Source: Fibrobacteria bacterium
Lineage (GTDB): Bacteria; Fibrobacterota; Chitinivibrionia; Chitinivibrionales; FEN-1185
DNA: 64,000 nucleotides
Assembly: GCA_037447435.1 (NCBI GenBank)
Contig: JBBIGR010000004.1
Span: forward strand, 128,001 to 192,000
Direction: 5' to 3'
Positions within the stretch are counted from its first letter, which is position 1. Each line of letters starts with the position of its first letter. The notes below the pieces were generated by a model. The model saw only the letters and a list, made by a program, of their open reading frames with translations, ran no database searches and was not told where the DNA came from. This document shows, piece by piece, positions 51,536-59,652 of the stretch. The translations under genes were made by a program, and so were the position numbers.

Positions 51536-51931
51536 TCAAACAACAACTATTTTTTCCAGTACCACATTTCCATTTTTTATAATAAACGATTTTACGGTTT
51601 CCTGTCCGTTTTCAAGGGAAACTATGACGTAACTTATAGACGGATCATAGGCAAGCCGGATGTCTTCCTGCGAGGGCCGCGCTGGAGTCGCCGGATGGCT
51701 ATGATATACCGCGCGAAGTTTCATACCAAATCCCCGTATCCTTTTGACCGTATCAAACTGTTGTTTAGGGTCCAAGGAAAAATGCTCGGCCGAGGCATCG
51801 GTATTTGTCAAAGGATAATTTACGGTAACGACGTCATCTGTTGCAGCCAAATACCCGCACGCTTCGATCGGGGCATCTTTTTTCGCATGCGCAATCATCG
51901 AATCAATAACCTGTTTTTGAATCTTTAACAT
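51536..51931 (-). CDS. M67/JAMM metallopeptidase (Mec/HcyD-like)
   Basis: EACGYL, YHSHP...PSQED JAMM motif. Confidence 0.93.
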   Translation of the reverse strand: MLKIQKQVIDSMIAHAKKDAPIEACGYLAATDDVVTVNYPLTNTDASAEHFSLDPKQQFDTVKRIRGFGMKLRAVYHSHPATPARPSQEDIRLAYDPSISYVIVSLENGQETVKSFIIKNGNVVLEKIVVV

Positions 51932-51957
51932 ATTGACCTCTTTGTACCTATATCTGA

Positions 51958-51984
51958 ATTATCTACGCATTTTGCGTAGATAAT
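51958..51984. other. 12-bp inverted repeat inside the sulfur operon
   Basis: ATTATCTACGCA-TTT-TGCGTAGATAAT. Confidence 0.7.
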
Positions 51985-52019
51985 CGATAATATAAACTTA
52001 TCCCATGGGAAGCATGGGG

Positions 52020-52829
52020 TCAATGCTTAATATCGCAAACCGGCTGTTCCTCGTCGAAAAGTTCGGTTATGGTCGGCCTTTCTCCGCAAATCGCACAGTC
52101 TTTCCTTTTCCGCAAATTGACATTGCGAAATTCCATATCCATCGCGTTGAATGTCAGCAACTTATTGGTTAAGGGTTTGCCGACGTTGGTAACAAATTTG
52201 AGTGCTTCAGCTGCTTGTATGGTCCCCAGCATTCCGGCTATTGCCCCTAAAACCCCGGCCTGCGAACAAGTCGGCACAACATTTTTAGGAGGCGGAACAG
52301 AAAAAACGCATCGGTAGCAAGCCGAGGTTCCTGGAATTACAGTCATGGTTTGCCCGGTAAATCGCAATATGCCGCCGTGCGAATAAGGGATTTTCTCCAA
52401 AACACAGGCATCGTTTATAAGGAATTTTGCGGCAAAATTGTCTGTGCCGTCGATAATGAAATCATACCCTCTGATGATGTCCCGAATCGTGTCTGCAAAT
52501 ACATGTTCCGCAATCGCATTGACTTTCACATCAGGATTAAGTTCGGCGATTTTTTCCTGTGCCGAAAGGACCTTCGGTTTTTTAATATCTTTTGTAAAAT
52601 GTATGATCTGGCGCTGCAAATTCGAGAGATCGACACTGTCGCCGTCCACGATCCCCAACGTCCCTACTCCTGCGGCGGCAAGATAAAGCGCCGCAGGAGC
52701 TCCAAGCCCGCCGGCACCGATTATAAGGACTTTGCTTTTCATAATCTTCTCCTGGCCTTCGATGCCCACGTCCTTGAGAAGAATATGCCGGCTATACCGT
52801 TCGAGCTGGTCTTCAGTAAAGTCAATCAT
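52020..52829 (-). CDS. MoeB/ThiF-family adenylyltransferase (HcyF-like)
   Basis: RYSRHILL, GAGGLG, SNLQRQ, DGTDNF, CYRC ... CAIC. Confidence 0.94.
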   Translation of the reverse strand: MIDFTEDQLERYSRHILLKDVGIEGQEKIMKSKVLIIGAGGLGAPAALYLAAAGVGTLGIVDGDSVDLSNLQRQIIHFTKDIKKPKVLSAQEKIAELNPDVKVNAIAEHVFADTIRDIIRGYDFIIDGTDNFAAKFLINDACVLEKIPYSHGGILRFTGQTMTVIPGTSACYRCVFSVPPPKNVVPTCSQAGVLGAIAGMLGTIQAAEALKFVTNVGKPLTNKLLTFNAMDMEFRNVNLRKRKDCAICGERPTITELFDEEQPVCDIKH

Positions 52830-52920
52830 AATTTATCCAATCCTTGCTCAAAATCCTCGACTGTTGGTATCCGAGAATAGGCATGAGGCGCCCCATGAAT
52901 CGCCTTTAAAGCAAAGCCTT

Positions 52921-53130
52921 TCACCTGCCACCCCCCATAAAGTACAGAAACTCAATCTCGTCTTTTTCTTTAATAAGGGTAGAGTCAAAGTTTTTCCGGT
53001 CAACAAACTCACCGTTTAATTGAACCGAAACCATGTCCGGCGCTTCAACTTTAAACAATTTTAAGATTTCCGGAACAGCGATAGAATCGTTCGTTATTTG
53101 TTTTAGTTCACCATTCACTTTGATTTCCAT
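52921..53130 (-). CDS. ThiS-like sulfur carrier with masked C-terminus (HcyS-like)
   Basis: IKVNGE, VSVQLNGEFV, C-terminus LYFMGGGR; GAGG SD before ATG 53130. Confidence 0.92.
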   Translation of the reverse strand: MEIKVNGELKQITNDSIAVPEILKLFKVEAPDMVSVQLNGEFVDRKNFDSTLIKEKDEIEFLYFMGGGR

Positions 53131-53248
53131 ATTTTGCCTCTTTTCGAAATTCTTATTCTCAGCCATAAGTCATTTAAAGCAACTAATCAGCCAATATATT
53201 TCGAGAATTAAACGAACTTTTTGTTTACTACATTTATCAACTATAAAT

Positions 53249-53277
53249 AATATAAGCTGAAAACGAAAAAGAGTCAA
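53249..53277 (-). promoter_or_regulatory. Sigma70-type promoter of the sulfur operon
   Basis: TTGACT (53277-53272), 17 bp, TATATT (53254-53249). Confidence 0.75.
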
Positions 53278-53470
53278 GAACTTTTTTTAATTGTTTATAA
53301 ACATTGTTAACTTTGCCATTGTTTATTAATTAGCTTTGGCTTTTACAAGTAAAACGAGATAATCTTTAAGTTGTTGATTACAAATTAAAAACGAAGAAAA
53401 AATTGAGGAATAATATGGCTAAATTAAACAATCGGAACATTAAATTTTAGAAGCGGAAAATCCGTAAAAA

Positions 53471-54538
53471 TTACGTCTGTGCTTCGAACACAAAGGGGAA
53501 AACGACTTCGACCGGGCTTCCCCCGTCTACTGCAGGGAAAGTCCAACGTTTGACATATCGCACGAGGGTTTCATCAAATTCGGAATTTTTAGTTGTGGAA
53601 CTGACTATGGCGACATTTGAAACGCTGCCATCGGGCATGATGGTGAATTTTATCTTGATTTGACCGGCAAGCGATGGATCGCGTTTAAGCCACGTTTCAT
53701 AAACACGTTTCAGCCTATTGCTTTCAAGGTCAATGACCTTTTTAATTGAGGTTTGCGAACGTTCTTCGGCATTACTGGTATTGCCGGTCACTTCCGGAGC
53801 GGAAGAAGAAATTGCAACACCGCCGCCAGTAGTTATTTTTTGCGTTTTGGCTTTTCCGACACTTTCCTTTGCGATGTCGACACCCGATGTAACAGCCCCG
53901 CGCTTTGCCTTTAGGTCTGCGACATCAACATTCTTTGTTGCAAACGTGCCTTTGGAAACAGTGATATTTCCTAAATCGCCAACTCCCTCTCCTGCCGCAC
54001 CGAGCAAATCGGAAACAGGACTGTTTGATCCGCCTCCGCCTCCGCCGCCCGTGGAAGTTATTGCAGCAAAAATTCCAGCGGATTGAATGGCAGCCTTAAC
54101 CTTTTCCCTGGCAACCTGACGCTGCTCTTTCGTTGCTTCCTGGCGTTGTTGTCGCTGAACAAACGTTTCCTTTTCCCTATCGACCTTGACTTCCTCTTCC
54201 TTGGTTTCCGTTGCGGTTTCCTGTGTCTTTTGCGTTGCTTCGACCGCTTTTTCCTCTTTTTTAACTTCGGGAGGTTTTGGTTTTGGCTGATTCAACACGA
54301 GCTGTGCGTAGCGCTCCTGAATCTTGACGATTTCCTGCTCGCTTACCGTCGTATTGATCTTTCGTTGTGAGAGAATAGATACGGTGACAAATGCAAATAA
54401 AAGCAAAGAGCCGAAAATTATGGCAAAGCGCGGTTCGATGCGCGAAAGCAGGTTCCGCTTATATTCTTTTGGGAAATTCCCAAGCGGCCCTGCTTCTGCA
54501 GGATGATGCATGAAAAATATGCCCGATTGCGCAGCCAC
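53471..54538 (-). CDS. TonB-like energy transducer (AgmX/PglI/GltG-type C-terminal domain)
   Basis: Single TM, P/K/E-rich then Gly-rich linker, LKRVYETWLKRDPSLAGQIKIKFTI.PDGSV...WTFP...VVFPFVF; AAGGA SD before GTG 54538. Confidence 0.88.
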   Translation of the reverse strand: MAAQSGIFFMHHPAEAGPLGNFPKEYKRNLLSRIEPRFAIIFGSLLLFAFVTVSILSQRKINTTVSEQEIVKIQERYAQLVLNQPKPKPPEVKKEEKAVEATQKTQETATETKEEEVKVDREKETFVQRQQRQEATKEQRQVAREKVKAAIQSAGIFAAITSTGGGGGGGSNSPVSDLLGAAGEGVGDLGNITVSKGTFATKNVDVADLKAKRGAVTSGVDIAKESVGKAKTQKITTGGGVAISSSAPEVTGNTSNAEERSQTSIKKVIDLESNRLKRVYETWLKRDPSLAGQIKIKFTIMPDGSVSNVAIVSSTTKNSEFDETLVRYVKRWTFPAVDGGSPVEVVFPFVFEAQT

Positions 54539-54542
54539 GTAC

Positions 54543-55046
54543 TTATCCTTTTCTGTAAACAACAAGATTCATGGACGGATAACCGGCCTGGCCGCAGGTG
54601 TACATAATTCTCGTAAGAACATTGTACGGAATTGCGACATCTCCCTGTATGGATATCTTGCCTGAGAATTCGGTTTTGAACATTGCGGAAGATTTTTTCG
54701 CCTCGTCGGAGTATTTTTTCAAAACTTCATAGAGAGGCTGTATCATGAAATCCTTTTGCGCCATGAGATCGGAATAGGCTTTGGCATCGATGACGATTTT
54801 ATTTTCCACCATAATGGTGGATTTTGAAACCATGACATTCAGGGCCTGACCGGCATTTTTTTCAATCGACGATGTCGGCAATAGTAAATTTGTCGCAGGA
54901 GTAACGAGCTGTCCCTGCGCAGAATAATTCTGCAAAAGGAATACCACCATGAGCGTAAACATATCGATCATGGACGTGATATTGAGCCTAACGGTGCCGT
55001 CACCGCGTTTACGTCTGCGTCGTCGTATTGATTGTCCTGCCGGCAT
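54543..55046 (-). CDS. ExbD/TolR-family protein (AglS-like)
   Basis: RRRRRKR, LNITSMIDMFTLMVVFLL (conserved TM Asp), IQGD..IPY..LTRIMYT. Confidence 0.92.
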   Translation of the reverse strand: MPAGQSIRRRRRKRGDGTVRLNITSMIDMFTLMVVFLLQNYSAQGQLVTPATNLLLPTSSIEKNAGQALNVMVSKSTIMVENKIVIDAKAYSDLMAQKDFMIQPLYEVLKKYSDEAKKSSAMFKTEFSGKISIQGDVAIPYNVLTRIMYTCGQAGYPSMNLVVYRKG

Positions 55047-56356
55047 TATTGTATTATCCCTCCGGCAATGGAAACATTAGGGAACATGGTCACGTTTCCG
55101 TCGGGTGTCCGGGTGCCGCGTGCGGCATCCATGACAGCCACCACCGTTTTATAGGCGATTTTATCTTCGGCAACGATTTTTATCGCATCGTTATCGGGAA
55201 ACATTTTGCCCGGATCGATTTTTTTTGTTTCATAAGCTCTGCCCAATTGAAACAGACTTGCGTCCTGCGGAATGGAAGGATAATACGCCCGCATGATATC
55301 GTTCAGCACTTTTTTCTTTACATCAGCAAGTTTGGCATTAAGCCCGACATAATCGTATTCACCGTTTATCAATGGAATATCCGGCTGTTTTTGAGCCATG
55401 GTTGCGCCTTGCGCTGCAGATTTGTCTTCCTGCTTGAAATAATGGAATAAAGTAAATCCTTTTTGCGTGATCACGACGCCCAATTCCAATTTCGTTTCCG
55501 AAGTTGCGCCGGCTCCGCCGCCACCGCCGCCGCCTTGCGTCGCTTCAGGCAATTTCAATTCTATTGCCCCCATCTTTACGAATTCGGATGAGGTGAGCAA
55601 AAACGGGATAAGCATAACCATGAGGTTCAACATGGGCGTGACATCGGTGTCCGCCGCTTCTTCTTCATTGCCGCTTCTCCTCACCAGTGAGTTTAAAGCT
55701 TTGCTGGTGACCGTCGGTGGATTAAGATTGTTGAGAATCGCAATTGCATACCGGTCGATTTCGACCAGTGCAGTGTCGACACGCGAACGCAGGAACGAAT
55801 ACATCATGACACAAGGAATACTGATTGACAATCCAACAAGCGTCGAATTCATTGCAGCGGAAATTCCCGCAGCAAGCAAAGCCGATTTTTCTATTGCGGC
55901 AACACCGGGACGCCCAACCGCGGCAAACGACATTATCAAGCCGAAAACAGTACCGAGCAATCCCAGCAACGTCGAAACGTTTCCAAAAGCAACAAGCAAG
56001 CTAAGCCTTTTTTCCATCGAAGCGGCCATGTGTGTGGATTCTTCCCCCATTGCTCCGGCAATGAGATGCGGCTCTACTTGCGCTTTTCGTATCCCGGCTC
56101 CGAGTATGCGGGGAAGAGCCCTATGCCCGCCCGAGGCGCAGATTCGATATGCTTCGTCAAGGTTTTTATCATCGATGAGTTTTTTTATTTTTTCAAAAAA
56201 TCCGACCGCATCATAGTCGGTACGGCGGTTTATCGCAAGCCATCGCTCAACGGTAATCAAAATGGCTGCGATGCCGAGTGCGGAAAGCAGCCACATGAAG
56301 AAAAACGCTTCATGCGCAGGAAGAAAACATTTTAATAATTCGCCGAAAATGCCCAT
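55046..56356 (-). CDS. ExbB/TolQ/MotA - ExbD/TolR fusion protein
   Basis: N-half ExbB (STLLGLLGTVFGLIMSF, GISAAMNSTLVGL); C-half ExbD (DVTPMLNLMVMLIPFLL, IELKLP, IAYKTVVAVMDAAR); one uninterrupted 436-aa ORF. Confidence 0.88.
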   Translation of the reverse strand: MGIFGELLKCFLPAHEAFFFMWLLSALGIAAILITVERWLAINRRTDYDAVGFFEKIKKLIDDKNLDEAYRICASGGHRALPRILGAGIRKAQVEPHLIAGAMGEESTHMAASMEKRLSLLVAFGNVSTLLGLLGTVFGLIMSFAAVGRPGVAAIEKSALLAAGISAAMNSTLVGLSISIPCVMMYSFLRSRVDTALVEIDRYAIAILNNLNPPTVTSKALNSLVRRSGNEEEAADTDVTPMLNLMVMLIPFLLTSSEFVKMGAIELKLPEATQGGGGGGGAGATSETKLELGVVITQKGFTLFHYFKQEDKSAAQGATMAQKQPDIPLINGEYDYVGLNAKLADVKKKVLNDIMRAYYPSIPQDASLFQLGRAYETKKIDPGKMFPDNDAIKIVAEDKIAYKTVVAVMDAARGTRTPDGNVTMFPNVSIAGGIIQ

Positions 56357-57124
56357 TTAGATATTGATCTCTTTTATCAATTTATTGTCGGTAAAAATTT
56401 TAATGTTGTTGTGCGTTACGTGCAGACCAACGCCTTCCTTAAGCTGCGATGCGCTGATATGATATTTATGCGTTTTAAAAGATTTTTCAATAAGCGCATT
56501 GAGCACACGAACAGAATATTCGTCCAATTCATCGATTATTTTTTGGGTTTTGGCTTTTAAAAACGCATAAATCATGATGGAGGTAATGGCAACCGACAAC
56601 CCGGTAAACGTCGAGTTCATGGCTGTCGCGATACCAGAGGCAAGAAGTTCGGACTTTTGTGCGGCATCGATACCCGGACGACCGACCGCGGCAAACGACA
56701 TGATAAGACCGTACACGGTTCCTAAAAGTCCTAACAATGTTGCGACATTACCGATGACTGCCAGGTAACCCGTGCGTTTTTCGAGCAGCGGAATTACCTT
56801 TAGCATAGACTCGTCTATAGCATTGCGGATACGTTCGGCACCGGTATTAGCCTCTTCAAGACCGGCCTTTACTACGCCGGCCAATGCCATTCTTTTTCCA
56901 TTATCGCAAAGCTTGAGAGCGGAGGGCACATCGTCTTTTTGCAGCATTCCGAGAATTTCACGGATAAATTGGTTCGAACGGAAGCCGGACTTGCTTGTCA
57001 AGAACACAAAACGTTCTATGATTATTGCCAAGGCAAATACGCCGGTAACTAAAATTGCCCACATGAAAAGAAATGCATCTGATTGAGGGCTGAAAGCGTG
57101 AAGAAGTTTGAGAATAAACTCCAT
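56357..57124 (-). CDS. ExbB/TolQ/MotA proton-channel protein with C-terminal extension
   Basis: ATLLGLLGTVYGLIMSF, GIATAMNSTFTGL; paralogous to the N-half of the next gene. Confidence 0.93.
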   Translation of the reverse strand: MEFILKLLHAFSPQSDAFLFMWAILVTGVFALAIIIERFVFLTSKSGFRSNQFIREILGMLQKDDVPSALKLCDNGKRMALAGVVKAGLEEANTGAERIRNAIDESMLKVIPLLEKRTGYLAVIGNVATLLGLLGTVYGLIMSFAAVGRPGIDAAQKSELLASGIATAMNSTFTGLSVAITSIMIYAFLKAKTQKIIDELDEYSVRVLNALIEKSFKTHKYHISASQLKEGVGLHVTHNNIKIFTDNKLIKEINI

Positions 57125-57246
57125 GAAGTTTCCTCCGTTTAAATAGCGTAGACGAAATTGTTGATCAGCACTAATTCTAATCTATAAATAAAATATAATA
57201 TTATTCAATAAAGAAAACGATTTTATGAAAATACCTGAATTTTTTA

Positions 57247-58680
57247 TCAATTGTCTGTAGACCGATTTTTCTCATATCCGACGTTTATTCGGCCGATGAA
57301 TTTGGCCAATTCGGTCGCATGCGTTCCGTCGTCATCAATTATCAGCGGAATCCTGTCGTTCGAAACGGGAAATATGCCGAATGCCGGATCGCAAAACAAC
57401 GGTTTATTATTAACATACACGAGTACCCAGGCATGCCCGACAAATGATTTTTTCGGGGCGTAATATACCAAACCGAGAACCACTCTGGCAGGTATTTTCG
57501 CCGCGCGAAGCAGTGCGGCACATAAAACGCTGTGCTCTCCGCAATCGCCGAATCCGGCATGCAAGGTTTCTACTGCGCTTGAAAACGTGGCCGTATTTCT
57601 TTTTATCAAAGTCTTATAAACATAGGTATTGCAAGCCTCAATAATCGCTAACCGGTTAGTTGCCGCTGATTTGATTCTTTTTGACAATGAGAGTATCGAT
57701 GGGTGGTTCGATTGCATGGTCGTCGTAGGAACGGTATAACGAAGCAACTCCGATTCCGTTTTTGCTATTTTATCATGAACGGTATCCAAGACTAACTTAT
57801 TGACCAAATAGATATCGCTGCGACGGGTGTAAAACGCCAGAACCGAGGAATCAAGCCTTTCACGCCCGGGCAATTCCACGAGGATTCGGTCATCGATTTC
57901 CGGACTCCGGGCAACGGGAGCCGCAAGCAGCTCTGTAAAATCAATATCTTTTTTCGCTTCGCCGATGTTGGCTACGGGGTACGGTTTCCGTTTTTTCGCA
58001 ATAAACAAGCCTTCTATTTCCTGTTCAACGGTATTGCCGTTTGAATCCAAAATCCATTTTTGCGACCGCGCCATTCGATCGTCGACCATTTCAAAAACAA
58101 ACTGTTTGGAAACGGGGTCCATTGAAACCGCGGAATATCGCGTTGCAACCGGTTTTCCGGTAACCAGGTCAAAGGACGTATCCGAAAAAGACATACCCGT
58201 ATGATAATTCCGCTGGGCAACGGCGGCATATATGCGATCCATTGCGTTGAGATTCTCATTGACAACAACATTCTTTTTTTCCGTCTTAACGCCGCCGATG
58301 TTGAGTTCAAGATCCCATTGCGTGGCCTTTTTTTGCAAAACCCATTCGTTTGCACCGCTTTGGCTTTTTATGACTGAGGAAGCCGATACAAGATTGCCGC
58401 CGGAATCGTATTGCCTTTTTTCCTCTAAATCAACCGACATCCCCTGTTGGTTTTGCGCAACGGCAAGATGAATCGTATTATTTATCGCCCGCAAAGAATC
58501 GACAACGGTTTGGGTATGGTATAACGTTCCGACGATGCGGTCCTGGTAAAAAACATCCAAGGTTTCCGCCTTTTGGTATTGCTTCCATTGTTGCAAACCG
58601 GAAAAAGAGGTGCTGGAGTTGCCTGAAGAAAAAAACACAAGCGCCAAAAGGCAAAAAAAGATCCGACGGAAAAAAAACAT
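57247..58680 (-). CDS. Exported transglutaminase-like domain protein
   Basis: Signal peptide; GDCGEH..AALLRA.KIPARVV.G..GHAWV..DP (Cys-His-Asp triad). Confidence 0.88.
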   Translation of the reverse strand: MFFFRRIFFCLLALVFFSSGNSSTSFSGLQQWKQYQKAETLDVFYQDRIVGTLYHTQTVVDSLRAINNTIHLAVAQNQQGMSVDLEEKRQYDSGGNLVSASSVIKSQSGANEWVLQKKATQWDLELNIGGVKTEKKNVVVNENLNAMDRIYAAVAQRNYHTGMSFSDTSFDLVTGKPVATRYSAVSMDPVSKQFVFEMVDDRMARSQKWILDSNGNTVEQEIEGLFIAKKRKPYPVANIGEAKKDIDFTELLAAPVARSPEIDDRILVELPGRERLDSSVLAFYTRRSDIYLVNKLVLDTVHDKIAKTESELLRYTVPTTTMQSNHPSILSLSKRIKSAATNRLAIIEACNTYVYKTLIKRNTATFSSAVETLHAGFGDCGEHSVLCAALLRAAKIPARVVLGLVYYAPKKSFVGHAWVLVYVNNKPLFCDPAFGIFPVSNDRIPLIIDDDGTHATELAKFIGRINVGYEKNRSTDN

Positions 58681-58710
58681 GTTTCTACAATATCCTTACC
58701 CGGAACTACT

Positions 58711-59652
58711 CTATTGAACGGGATCTTTTGCGACTTGCGTTTGGAAAGAATCGAAGCGTGTACCGGTAATTCGGTGAAACGCCGCTTCAAAATCCGCTGT
58801 TTTTGCAAATCCGATTTGTTGCGACATCGATTCGGCTGTCGTCGTACCGTTCAATTCCAAAAGACGTTTTGCATTATTGATTCTAACATGCGATATAAAC
58901 TCGGAAACCGAGACGCCCAAATCTCTTTGGATAAGGGATTCGAGAAACGCTTCACCAGTCACGAGTTCTTTGCAGATCGTTTCGGTATCCAAGCCCGGAT
59001 TTGCATAATTTTTTTCTATAAACCTGCAAGCCATCTGAACCTCCTTATCCATGACGGAAAGGCGGGTCGTGGTCAGAAATCTGCCTGTCCCCTTTTGTTT
59101 CTTTAGAAATATCAGCGCTAGGGCGATACATCCCAAAGAAAAAAGCGTACCGAGCATAAGCCACAATTTCCAACCCGATTTTTGGGAACGGTTTTTAGAA
59201 GCCGGCTTTTGAAAAGATTGATTTTGAATAACGATCGGCTTTGCAATGCTGTCGGGAGCTTTTATCTGTAACTTTGAGGTGTCTTTAGCTACGACGGTAT
59301 GCACGGTTTCTGTTTGTGCGGGCGTATTTTTCACCATTGCATTTTGAGCGTTCGCCGCTGAAAGCGAATCATGATGGCGGACCGTGTCGCGGCTTGGAAC
59401 CGTTGCCGTGTCGGGTGCCAAAGCGACCGTATCGACGACGGTATCCTTTTTTACGATGTTTGCAGACGGCTTGGGTTTTGGTTTTTGCTTGGACGCAACG
59501 TCATTTGAAACAGAAAAAACCGGTTTGGCATTTTTTTTTATTGGTTTCTTTACGACAGCCGTCGAAGACGTGGCGACCGTACTTGCCAAACAAACGACTA
59601 CCAGACATATGCGAATAACGGAGTAATTGTTCTTTTTTGTTTCAAACAGCAT
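58711..59652 (-). CDS. Membrane-anchored AraC-type HTH protein
   Basis: Signal-like N-terminus, low-complexity region, TM (LWLMLGTLFSLGCIALALIFL), then FIEKNYANP.L...VRINNAKRLL...IGF...F...FHRITG. Confidence 0.82.
   Translation of the reverse strand: MLFETKKNNYSVIRICLVVVCLASTVATSSTAVVKKPIKKNAKPVFSVSNDVASKQKPKPKPSANIVKKDTVVDTVALAPDTATVPSRDTVRHHDSLSAANAQNAMVKNTPAQTETVHTVVAKDTSKLQIKAPDSIAKPIVIQNQSFQKPASKNRSQKSGWKLWLMLGTLFSLGCIALALIFLKKQKGTGRFLTTTRLSVMDKEVQMACRFIEKNYANPGLDTETICKELVTGEAFLESLIQRDLGVSVSEFISHVRINNAKRLLELNGTTTAESMSQQIGFAKTADFEAAFHRITGTRFDSFQTQVAKDPVQ

Noticed and set aside
52000..52022. Small hairpin right after the moeB-like TGA (possible SECIS/selenocysteine readthrough); also the TGA of the ThiS-like gene
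   Set aside because: Both proteins are complete at TGA and readthrough adds only short non-conserved-looking peptides.
51536..53130. E1 + JAMM + ubiquitin-like trio as an antiphage (CBASS/Bil-type) system
   Set aside because: No E2 or cyclase; the genes are embedded in a sulfate-assimilation operon matching the thiocarboxylate pathway.
55627..55682. GAGGAG followed by an out-of-frame ATG (MKKKRR...) at the ExbB-ExbD junction
   Set aside because: That frame stops after 13 codons and the fused frame already has a normal ExbD-like lead-in (RR..EEEA.D.DVTP); kept only as a caveat for read checking.
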